Shown in pieces: positions 26,124 to 38,250 of a stretch of DNA of 64,000 bases. The notes below the pieces were generated by a model, which saw only the letters and a list, made by a program, of their open reading frames with translations, was not told where the DNA came from and did no database searches. The first letter of the stretch is position 1; each line of letters begins with the position of its first letter. The position numbers and the translations under genes were made by a program. The DNA is taken from assembly GCF_009914755.1 (NCBI RefSeq), contig NC_060947.1, one strand, 5' to 3'. The stretch is from the human T2T-CHM13v2.0 reference genome, Homo sapiens.

Positions 26124-27849
26124 CAATCGAGAAAAGAGAGATACTGGCATGGAAACTAGCCAAAAGGCTGTAATAACACAGGGATAGTAAGAACATGAGT
26201 CCTGGGACTGCTGAGGTGGGGGACAAGGGGAATAGAGAGGAAGATTTGGATACAGGTGACATTTCAAAGGAAGAACATACTAAGCTTCAGGTTAGACTGA
26301 ACACAAAATGAGAGGAAAGATTTAAATATGCTAGCAAGATTTCTGAGCTCAATGTCTTGTTCATGGGAAGCACCCAGTTAATATTTGCTGAAATAAACTG
26401 AACTTAATATGATAATATGGAGACTCATGCTCCATTAGTAGAAATCTGAATGTCAGGGGAGAAAAACCAGTTTGGATGTTGGAGGGGGATTTTATTCCTA
26501 GGCCAAGTATGAGATGACAGAAAATTATGCAAGTCATAGGGCAGTTTTGCGAGGTAGTACTGGAATTCTAAGACAAAATCAGGGCTGGAGATTGCCACTT
26601 ACAAACCATCTTCATAGTTGATGGTTGAAATCCTGAGAGTGGATGATCTCATCTAGGGAAAGGAATACAGTAAGAAAAGAAGAAGATTGATGATAAAACA
26701 TTAGGGAAGGCAGAGTCATGTTTTTGTTGTTGTTGTCTTTTTAATCAGTGAGAAGGTCCTGTGCATGTTAGTAAGCAAAGAGAGAGTCAAAACATCCAAC
26801 AGGAGCAGGAAGAGAAGAGTTACCCAGCACTGCACAGTTATCCTGAGAAATAGAGGACAATGCCCCTCTCTTCAGGTAGGTTATGATCCAGCTGTGTAGA
26901 CAAGCCATGGTACTAGCTATATTAGTCAGTAGAGTTGTCCATGCTGAATGTGACAATACGTGTTATAAATGTTCATAGGAAAGTCAGGAAGGTTGAACTT
27001 GGAGAATGGCTAGGTGTACATCATGTTTTGGGATTGGAGAGAAAGATGCTTTCATGAATTCAGAGGTAGAGAGAAGCAGAGTTTGAGAGGACAAGTGTCA
27101 TCTGTTTTAAAAAGCAGGCCCCAAGGCCCATGTTTTCTTTGTTACCTTCCCTGAACACTTCAGGCCATTTCCCACTCCTGCTCTCACCAGGACCCAAACT
27201 TAATATATCGTTTTCTTTTAATCCAGCCGTGCCCTGAGTCACCAGACAGACAGAGCAATTCTCTTAATTTGCCATAGCCTAAGATTTCCCTGGGGGAACA
27301 TGTAAGAAAATATTGCTGCTGTTTGAGTAGTTCATTCCTTGGAATGTGTGTGAATCGGTTGGTTAAAATAAGAAAAAAACTAGGTGAGTTTAGTCCATCT
27401 CAGAAAGATCTAAAAGTCTTTCCTCAGGGTTCATTCAAGTATTTAGTGAATGAATGTGTTTACCATGTTCAGTACTGTGTACCCAGACAAGATGTGGGAC
27501 AATGGCCCAGACAATCGCTCGATATCACAGTATTACCATGGGGCAGGCCTCACTGTGCCTCTCAGAATAATCTCAAGTTGCCAACCTACTGTGCAGCATA
27601 ACCTGAGACACTCCACAGGTTACTAAATCAGCTCATTATTTGTTTAGTGCCCTGCCATTTGTTTGACATTATGTAGACACAAGGCTCTATTGAATAAGGA
27701 GAGTGTATTAGCTGATAGGTCATAACTGGGACCTTGGAATTACAATCCAAACAACCTGTCACACATTTCAGTCACACGTAGCAGCAATATAATTCTGTTG
27801 CTTTGGAAAAAGTTAAAAGCTAGTTTTACAATAAGAAGACAAGCTCTTG

Positions 27850-28400
27850 AAAACAGGGAGGGGTGGGGTTGGGTGTGATTGACAGACTGTCATTAGTATT
27901 TGACAGATATCTATGATTGTTTTTTGTAACAGGAAAATTGGTGATTCTTAAAAGCAGTTTTAGATTCTTCTATTTTTTTTTTTAAAGAAAGCCTCTTTCT
28001 TCAACTTTTCTGTGTAGTGTCAGTAAATGAACTGTTTCCTCTCAAATCATGCATATTGCCTTGCAGCCTTCAACTGCATAGTAATATATCACAAACATTT
28101 GGATGTGGGAAGGGGAATGGCCAGAAATAACCATATAGGTCATATGGGTTTCAGATGCATCTGTTTACATACAGAGGGTTCCTACAGAAGACTGTTTCAT
28201 TTCAGGGAATATTTTACCCTGATGACAAACTGTAAGTTAGTGAGTCATTTTCATGGCCTGACATTTTGCTGTTAAAGTGCTTGAGAGAGGGTGTATCGCT
28301 TTTACAGGCTGCTTGTGTCCTAAAGCAAGTTGCAGGCATCATGTATGACACAACACAGGCTGTATTGGATGCTGGACCTTTATGAGACTGGGTTTAAAAT
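27850..28400. promoter_or_regulatory. Candidate enhancer (TALE and AP-1 motifs)
   Basis: TGATTGACAG at 27876-27885, two further TGACAG sites nearby, TGAGTCA at ~28241, in sequence with no recognisable repeat. Confidence 0.4.
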
Positions 28401-28825
28401 GGGAACTTGCATTTTAAAACTTTATTTAAATTACCTTGTTATAGAGTTTAAGACTAGTTGTAATAATGGGTAATTTGAGAACCACAGAATAGGATTGGTA
28501 TAAATTAGTCATAATGCCTACAGTGTTACAGCTAAATATTGCCGTGATCACTTTTCCGCTAATTAAAACTCTTCATTTTCATAAATCTCTGGATTCCTAT
28601 TGACACACTTATTGTATTTTCAAAAAGAATTCAGGAAGTCCTCATGTCGAGTTCCAAAAGTTTGTTTTTTTTTGAACTCAGAAACAAATTTCCTATATAA
28701 ACAATGTTATAAATTATGGTGATATTCCCAAACCAGTCCACCTAAGGCTACTTAACCTATAATGTGCTTGAAGTAAAGCTTTAAGTACATCATATATAAT
28801 AACATTTCTATGAAAAACAGTTCTG

Positions 28826-29062
28826 CAATGAGGACACATGGACATAGGGAGGGGAACATCACACCACAGGGCCTGTGAGGGTGGGGTGGGGGTCTAGGGG
28901 AGGGAGAGCATTAGGACAAATACCTAATGCGTACGGGGCTTAAAACCTAGATGATGGGTTGACAGGTGCAGCAAACCACCGTGGCACATGTATACCTATG
29001 TAACAAACCTGCACATTCTGCACATGTAACCAGAAAAAGTAAAATAAAAAAAAAAAAGAAAA
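28826..29062 (+). mobile_element. 5'-truncated L1PA 3' end
   Basis: L1PA 3'UTR, polyA, perfect TSD gaaaaacagttctg at 28812-28825 and 29063-29076. Confidence 0.95.
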
Positions 29063-29419
29063 GAAAAACAGTTCTGATCCAACATAGGAAGACCAGAATA
29101 AATTCCCCTTTCCTGGGGTGGCTCCCCTCCAGCACTGTTCCCTACCCTTACTCAATCCTTTATCAGGCAGGCAGTGTGAAAGAGAACAAACCCTGACTCC
29201 AAGATAGTGGTGATCTCTTCAGGAACAGGAAAAGAGAAGGAAGGCAGACACTTTTAGGCATTTGAGGCTGCTCCCACCCTTTTTCTTTTCTATCACCAGG
29301 TATTGGTCTGCCTGCTACCCTGAGAACACACAGTTTCTTTAAGGATTTTTGTGGGTTTTTATTGATAGTAGTAGTGAAAATAGGGATAAAAATTCTCAGA
29401 TCTGTGCTTCCACTTCTAT

Positions 29420-29990
29420 ACATTCATTTACTTACTCAACAACCATGTATTAATCAATTCCTATGTAGCAGGCACCATGCTTTAAACCCTGGGGATATAA
29501 ACATGAATGAGCCCTTGAGGTCCTCTCAGTCTACTGAGGGATGCAGACATAAACAAACCATTGCAATACCGCATGCTACCTGCAGTGATAGAGTGCTCTA
29601 CCAGGTAGAGCGGTGATACAAAAGAGGCAGTGTTCTGCTTGGTCAAAGAAAGCTCCACAGAGCAGACACTAAGCCTAGTCTTGAAAGATGAGGTGTTCAG
29701 CAGGCATACAAAGGATTCTGAGAAGTCATTTTAGGCAGAGACAAGAAGTCATGAAATACCACATTTTGAAAAGAGCAATGTGGTGTGGCTTGATCAGAGG
29801 TACAAAATGGGGCAGTGTTAAGAGATGGAGCTAGGTAGGGGCTTTAGTTAAAGAGCCTTGCATGTCAGGCTGAAAACTTGGCATTTTATCCTATAGTGAT
29901 TAATGGGGAGTACTGTGGTCAGATTTACCACTGCAGTGGCAATATGGAAAATAGGTTAAGTGGGGGACAAAGGGTAAGCAGACTTTTAAG
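29420..29990 (-). mobile_element. L2 fragment
   Basis: cattcatttacttactcaacaacc...ctatgtagcaggcacc...gtcttgaaagatgag. Confidence 0.75.
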
Positions 29991-30019
29991 CAGGACAAGA
30001 GGAAGGGAGAGACATGTTT

Positions 30020-30345
30020 TCATTTATTTATTTTAATTTTAATTTTTAAAATTGCTAATTGGGGTAAAATACATATAATGCAAAATTCACCATCTCAACC
30101 ATTTTTAAATGTATAGCTTAGAGGTGTTAAGTACATTCACATTTTTGTGCAACTGATCTCCAGAACTCTTTTCGTCTTGCAAGCCTAGATAGAAGTCTAT
30201 ACCCATTAAACACTAACTCAATGCTTCCTCCTCCCCATGTCCCCTGGTAACCACCATTGTATGTTCTGCCTCTGTGAATGCTCCAGGTATGTCACATAAG
30301 TGGAATCACACAGTGCTTTTTTTCTTTGTGATTGGCTTATTTAGT
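30020..30345 (-). mobile_element. L1MB-type 3' end
   Basis: ggtaaaatacatataa...aaccatttttaaatgtatag...ccctggtaaccaccatt. Confidence 0.88.
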
Positions 30346-30987
30346 TATTATAATTTTTAAAATGAGGGTAATTTAAGTTTGCGGCTTTAAAAATTCCAAA
30401 TAACACCAAAGTGTATAAAATGAAAAGAAAAAGTCTGGGATGGATGTCGGCTTTGCTAAAGAAATCTTTGACATCTATTTAGAAACTAACATTTACTGAG
30501 TATATGCCAAATGACAGTGCGTTGAGTGTTTTACATGTGTAATTTACCTCTTAAAACATAGGCCATGTCATTTACTCATCATACTTTATCACTTAATCAT
30601 CGACAGTCCCCAAGGAGAGGAATCTGACAAGAATTAAGCAAGAGGTCAGGGTTAATGCCATAAAGACTGGAATGGAGAAAAGAGTTTCTGTGCCAGTGAG
30701 AGAACAGGAGTGTGCTCTGGAAACAGGAAGCCCAGCCTCTATCAGTGAACTCAGCACAGCAAGGCCTGGGGAGGGTGTGTAACCTATCCTCTAAACTGTA
30801 TTTCATGGAAACATACTGGTTTTCTGTAGTATGTTAGCACATAGTCATCAAAAACAAGCAAGCAAAAAAATTCCTGGTCAAATGGATTTGAAAACAGTTC
30901 ATAGTAGATGCTTCTCCTAAAGATTTATAGCACATAAGCTTGTTAAAATCTCTGAGAATTTAATAAGTAATAAACCTGTTGAACACT

Positions 30988-31301
30988 TATTATTTATTTA
31001 TTTATTTTTATTTTTGAGATGGGCCCTTGCTTTGTTGCCCAGGCTGGAGTGCAGTGGCACAATATTGGCTCACTGCAGCCTTGACCTCCTGGGCTCAAGC
31101 TATCGCCCACTTCAGCCTCTTTAGTAGTTGAGACTATAGGCATGCATCACCATGCCCAGCTAAGTCTCATATTTTTTTGCAGAAATGGGGTCTCACTATA
31201 TTGCCTAAGCTGGTCTTGACAATAGACCTGGGTTCAAGCAATCCTCCTGCCTTGGCCTCCCAAAGGGTAGGGATTACAGGCATGAGCCACCGCACCTGGC
31301 C
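30988..31301 (-). mobile_element. AluJ, probably inside a Charlie-type relic (~30780-31460)
   Basis: AluJ diagnostics (cagccttgacctcctgggctcaag); TSD ct(g/a)ttgaaca. Confidence 0.92.
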
Positions 31302-31372
31302 CTATTGAACATTTAAACCACTATTTCCCAGATATTTTGACCACCATATATATTTTCTTTTCTCCCTAGCAA

Positions 31373-31424
<52 letters not shown>
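31373..31424. repeat. (TATC)13 tetranucleotide STR
   Basis: Perfect repeat. Confidence 0.97.
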
Positions 31425-32149
31425 AATGTGTGGTGGGACTCTAGTGTTCTATAAAACACAGAAGCACAGTGTGTAGGTAGCGTCTTGGCTTGGTTATAGC
31501 AACCACATGCCACGGGCCTCCCATGCAATGTTGGTAACATCCCATGAAACCTAGAAAGACTAGGTATTACATGGTATATTTTTGGTGCTTAGAGTATGGT
31601 ATGGTATTTTGGAGTTGACATCTGAATTCCTTACAAGGTAAGAAACCTGACATTAGAAGGTTAAATTGACATTTCTGGAGTTCTTTATAGAATTGATGCT
31701 CCCACTAGATCTGTCCAGAATGTGATGTTCTATTCACTCAAGCAATAACATTGGAGTACATCCCATTATTGCTAAAGTAGACTGATAACCACACACTCTT
31801 CTAGTACATAATGAAATACAACTTTCATGAATTTCTGAAAGACTTCAAGGCTGTTATGGATAGTACAGTGTCTGAACTGGTGCACATTGTATTCAGTCTG
31901 GAAGGTAGTTTTCTTCTAATCTTCCTTTCATGTTTATATCAATTTGAATGTCTTTCAGAGACCTAGGTGAGAGGAAATGTAGTCTAAGAAGTCATGGATA
32001 AGAAATATCAGTTATCTATCCTGGAGAGTGATGACATTAAAGTCTCAATAATACTTATGAAACTGCAGTGGGAAGTAGGAAGTGGTAGACAGTTGTACCT
32101 AGTCTTTCTAGGTTTCATAGGATGTTACCAGCATTTCATGGGAGCCCTG

Positions 32150-32340
32150 TGGCGTAATGGTAAGAACACAAGCTTTGGAGTCAGATAGACCTAGGCTAAA
32201 TTCCAACTCTGCAAATAAAAATTTATGTTATCTTAGCAAATTATTTAAAATATTGTAACAATATTGATCTAAATAGGATTATTGTCACATAATGTATCTA
32301 AAATACCTGGCATGATGCCATGCACACAATAATAATAATG
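32150..32340 (+). mobile_element. MIR
   Basis: ggcgtaatggtaagaacacaagctttggagtcagatagaccta. Confidence 0.75.
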
Positions 32341-32394
32341 AGAGAACCATTGGCTCTCATTATTATGAGAACATTTAATATGTGCTGATTGTGT

Positions 32395-32710
<316 letters not shown>

Positions 32711-33328
32711 TTAATATCTATTATATAATTTAATATATCCAAAACTATTTTGAACATGGGCCTTCATAATTCTGGATTTGATCATGGATATGGATGACTC
32801 ATGACTTTGGGGCTATGATGCCATCCATTACGTTGAAACTAGATTCTCTTAAAAATAGGTTGCACAAATATGCATCCTTAGGTAAATGTTCTGCTTTCTA
32901 TCTAAATTCAGCTCTTGGATCTAGAAAGTCTCTCTTTGACATCTTACTGATTACAAACTTATCTTCGTACATCAGTCCCAGATTTTTGAGCAATGACTCA
33001 ATTTCTATACCTGCTATAGCAAAATATGCAGGTAGCCTTACTACCCTCACTGGATGTCTCTTACACTGACCACATTACATATCTATCAAGAATACTTCAC
33101 TCTACACCAAATGTGGTTTTCATCTTTGTATCTTCCAATTCCAACTGTTTCCAATGCTGTTTTCATCATAGATGACCACCTGACAAATATTCTAACAGCA
33201 GAAATATCCTTCAGCAAGCAATACCTTAGAATAAGCTTAGTTCCAATCCATGACAAACCCCCAGAGGACATCTCAGTAGAGGTCTGGACCTGTCTGCTCA
33301 AAAACCTTTGATTACAAGCGCTTGGATG

Positions 33329-33870
33329 CTGTAGTGGATATACCTGGTTTTTCTGTCCAGCACCCTTACCTCATTTGGTGGAACTGCTCCTTGTGCTGTA
33401 CAATCATGTGATTTTGTTGAGGCAGCTGCTAATCATAGTGCTCTATCTCATTGGTCACAGGGCTTGGGTGCTGACCCAAGCCCATTCAAACATAAAACTC
33501 CATTTCTGTAACTACACTAATTACTCTGGGTTGAGTATGTGACCAAGCTTAGCCCATCAGATTCCTTCCTTGAAATTTTCAATTTTGATCTAGAGAAAAT
33601 TGGCCTTACTTTTGAGGTCATAAATCTAGAATAAGAAAGGGAGCCACAAACAGGCATCATTCCTGCCATATGGAAAAATCTATCTTAGGAGAAGAGAATG
33701 GGGCCAACAAATAAAGGAAAGCAAAAGATGGACAGAAATATTCTTGATGGTATCATTTCAGCATCTGGCTCAAATATGCCATATCTACCTTAGACTTCCC
33801 AGTTAGATAACCCAATCATTTTGGTTTTTTTCCCAAGTGACTTTAATTTGGGTTGCTGTCATTTGAAAAT
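33329..33870 (+). mobile_element. Old MaLR/ERVL LTR (MLT1K/L-like)
   Basis: tgtgaccaagcttagcccatcaga; ends tttgggttgctgtcatttgaaa. Confidence 0.55.
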
Positions 33871-34199
33871 GTACTTTCCTATAATGGCCATGTTCAAACT
33901 GGTCGTCTGGCTCCCTCCGTATCCCAGATATAGTCTGTGCTCCAGCAACCCCTCCTCCTTTTGTGTAAACAGGGCAACACTTCATACCTGGCTCTCTGTG
34001 GCCCACCACTGAGCACCAATCTAGCAGTATTATACTCCAACTAGTAATGGAGCAGATGTTTTGGACGTAGCCATCCAGTGAAGGAATTGGTCTTCAACAT
34101 CAGTAGAAGCAGATAGGATTTACAATGAAACAATGGGGTATCCTAATAGGGGACACATTACAACAACGAGGAAATAGAGAGGTGGACAATGCTCAGAAA

Positions 34200-34925
34200 G
34201 TGGGAGTAATAAATTAAATTGGCGAGAAATGTGTTTTTCAGTTTTTTTTTTTTTTTTCAGTTTTTTGGGGCTGCCTCTAGTTATTCTTGTTATCTCTAGT
34301 TAACTATTTACCTATTTACCACTACTAATATCTAGTTACTCTCAGTTATTTAAATAAGAAATAGGATGTTATAATTGATTGGAATGTGTGTTTCTGATCT
34401 TCTAAGCTTCAGTTATTCTTGTTGTCTATAATATTTAGCTATTAGTTTGCTTGTTACTAGTTAACTAATCGTGTCATTTCTCTGTTTTTTGTTTTCTATA
34501 CTTCTCGCTCGCTCTTCTAATAAGAAATGAAAAGTTAGATTTAAGAGGAATACTTTTTAGCTTCTTGGTTTACTCTAGTTATCTCTAATTCATTATTTAT
34601 CTAATCAACGTTAGTTACATCTAGTTATCCCTAGTTATTCAAGCAAGAGATGAGAAATTAGAGTTGAGATGAAAATATCATCGTGAGTTTCTTGGCTTAT
34701 TCCAGTTATTCTAATTATCTAGTTAGCTAGTTACTAGTTAAGATGATCCTCTATTTTTTCTAGTTTTCTGTAGTTGTCACTATGATTTTAACATGAAATA
34801 AGTTAGATTCGAGAGGATTTTGGTTTTGTTTGTTTTTTGCATCTTGGCTTCTTCTAGTTATCTTTAGTTACCTTTAGTTAACAAGTTAGTTACTACCAGT
34901 TACATCTAGTTATCAATAGTTGTCC
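34200..34925. repeat. Degenerate AT-rich tandem repeat, five subunits of ~125-165 bp, rich in (C)TAGTTA
   Basis: Anchor atctagtta at 34330, 34619 and 34904; anchor ttactagtta at 34454 and 34731. Confidence 0.75.
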
Positions 34926-34949
34926 ACCAAGATTCTTTTCTTTTCTTAG

Positions 34950-35313
34950 GAACAGAGCTGAAATATCTTTCCCAGTCTCCCTTTGTCTAAATGGGGCACT
35001 GTGACTGGTTCTCCCCTATAGAATGTGAACAGAAGTGATGTGTCTCTTCTGGGTTGAAGCAGGTAGGAGTGGATATGTTTTCTTTACACTCTCTCTTTCC
35101 TCTTCACAATGAACTTGGAGACCATGCATTGAAGATGGTAGCATTATAAGACTGAAGGAGTCTCAGTCTTTAAATGACTAGCTGGATTAGATGCTCCTCT
35201 GCTCCTACTGACCACATTGGGCTTTGACTCAAATGAGCAAAAAAATCTTTACTGACTTACGCCACTGAAATTTTGAGATTTGTTGTAGCATTTAGCCTAT
35301 CCTGACAAAAACA
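34950..35313 (+). mobile_element. MLT1I/J-like MaLR LTR
   Basis: ttcccagtctccctt...gaatgtgaacagaagtgatgtgtc...gccactgaaattttgagatttgttg. Confidence 0.75.
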
Positions 35314-35551
35314 CTCTATCTGTCATAGTACTTATCATCCTCTCTTGTATTTTATATGTTTTTGTACTTTGTCTCCTCCATTAGATTGGGACTTCCTTGG
35401 GGGACAGGACCAGTATATCTTTAGTCATCGTACCCCTAGTTGTTAGCTCAGTGTTCAGTATACAGTAATTACAATAATAAATCTTATTGAATTAATACTA
35501 TAAATGGATACAAGTGCACTGACAGGATCCCCCTTACTGTCTCATCAATAA

Positions 35552-35897
<346 letters not shown>

Positions 35898-38049
35898 AAG
35901 ATGCCCTAATTCTTTACTAAGGTGATTCACTCATTCCCTCTCCCTTAAGTTTTGATTGTAGGTAGAGAGAAGAACTCCATAATGATTTTGAAAAAAGTGA
36001 TAAGGTTCAAAGATCAACTAGTTGCCCACACACAATAGATTAGGACCATTAGTCTACCAGGTTGAGCCACATTTTAAGTTGCTTATAAGCAGCTAACAGA
36101 ATTTTTCTAAAAAGCTGAATTTCTCTTATGGGGTCCATAGATGTCAGTATAACATAGAACAAATATATTAAAAATGGTTGCATGGGATATCAAGTATGCA
36201 TAGCAAGGATATTTTGAAATTCATATACATGTGGTCTATGAAATGGCGGTTTGATTAGTCATTCAGGATTAAAATCCATCCAAACAAACACAATTAGCCA
36301 AACTAGTATTTGTCAATACACAGCCCAAAGGAAATCTGTTTTTTTCAAGAGAGTTTTTCACTTTAACAGCTTGAGCAATCATATATAAATGAGCCCAGTG
36401 TTTTTAAAATGAGTGTTTATCATCCTTAAGCAAATTTAACTAAAATCTCATTGGTCTCTAGCACATGTTTTGAAATGTGACAGGCACTTTCTGAGCTGGT
36501 AGAAAGAAGAAACTTGCAGTGTTGGGTGGAAGCATTTTTTTGTCAAGTCTTAGGAAAGGTCACTGAAGAAATCTCTGAGAAACTTCTAGAACATTTTTAG
36601 GCTATTTCACTTCCTGAATGGGTTCGTCCAGTTCAAAAGGAAACTGAATTTAAAAGAAAAACCTGGGGGCTATCTCAGGGTCTACTTGATGCTAAGTAAC
36701 CATTTTGTTTTTGTTTTCATTTTTCAACTATCCTTGTGGCTTTGTTTGATGCAATTTGAGTATGTGCAGTATTACACAGTGCTACAAGGCACTGATCAAC
36801 TCTGCTATAATTTAATGTACTGGTTTTACTACTCTACACATACTCCTATAAACATCTTCTAAGGAAAGTGCAGAGTGACAGGCAGCACACAAGACATTGC
36901 TACTAAAAGACAATGAGATAAGGTTGCAATTTTCCAAATGAAAGTTTTTAGTCATAATTGCATATGTGGCACACTTCTTAACCCGCTTATATAGACTATA
37001 TTCCAAATTACCTCTTAGAGTTAAAAAGGGACAATTAGGTCCATATTCATACGCTAATAAGCATTGCATTATTTAAATCTGCTTTTCTTTTTAAACTATG
37101 AAAATGAGAATTGAGCAGTGGCAGTGGAAACATATAAAGTGGTAATTACCATCTTCAAAGTGCAGCTTTTTCACATAAACACATTTCACCTAGCAGGTTT
37201 AGTAGCTATTTTTCAACAATAAAATTTGGTGAGTAAACCTTATTTTTCCCTATAGAAGTAGCCTTTAAAACACAGCATATCAAATTACCTTAAAAATATC
37301 TCCAAGGAAAGCAAAGTTTTGCTATAAATGCTGCAAAACTCCCACTTTTTTATGTTTGAAAGACTGCCTTCATGGAATATGATATAACTTCCATTTCATT
37401 TTTTTTTCCTTTAAAAAAATTAGTAGGAAGGGGATTAGGAAGTATCCCGGTGTTCTCGCTAATTGGTATTTGTTGCTACACTCCAGAGACATTGGGGAAC
37501 ATGACCATTTTAGATCTTGAAAATTAATCCTAATAGATATCAGAATATCTCAGCTTTGAGACGTGTCTCTCACAGTCTGGGAGACACATCAACAACAGGT
37601 TATTGTTCAACATTTGTTAAGTGGGTTGGCTGATGGTTAGTAAAAATCAAGCGATGAGAATAATTACTCCATGACTTGCTTGAGGGGCAGATGTTAATTT
37701 ACCAAATTTATCAGGAAATAAGCAATCATAAAATCCATGAGAATTAATGCTGTAAATCTGGATGTTTTGTGGTGCCTAGGCCACACTGCACATTGATTAA
37801 GTGGCAGATAATGTTGAGCATTAGTTCCTTATTGAACATTACCCATCACATTTGCATCATGCCAGTTTCACTGAGCAACCTGCAAGTGTGCTGCTTCTGC
37901 ACGTTTTACATACTGAAAACATTAGTTGAAATAAAGATGAGCATGCAACGCACTGCTGTGGGATTTTCTTCTCAATCGGGACTCATAAAAAACAGAATTG
38001 AGAGTTCTTCAGATGCCTCCATTCCTTATCTATCTAGCACAAAAGGCAA

Positions 38050-38250
38050 CATATGTATACCAACTTACAGTACAACCTTAGGTAAGTCACTTAACCTTTT
38101 TGTGCCCGAATTTCTTCATCTGTCAAGTGCCTATATTAATGCACATCTGTTCCACAGGGTGGGTGTATCAAATGAGATAACGGCTGTAAAAGGTCATTGT
38201 AAACTGTAAAGTGTGATACTAGTGCAATGCGTTAATAACAATAGTGCTCA
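38050..38250 (+). mobile_element. MIR
   Basis: accttaggtaagtcacttaacctttttgtgcc. Confidence 0.75.

Noticed and set aside
32794-33311. Adjacent ORFs and an FLDPR-like stretch on the minus strand suggesting a hAT transposase
   Set aside because: No sustained reading frame; the sequence looks more like a very diverged L2.
37769-38209. 146-aa plus-strand ORF
   Set aside because: GTG start, and its 3' part is MIR sequence.
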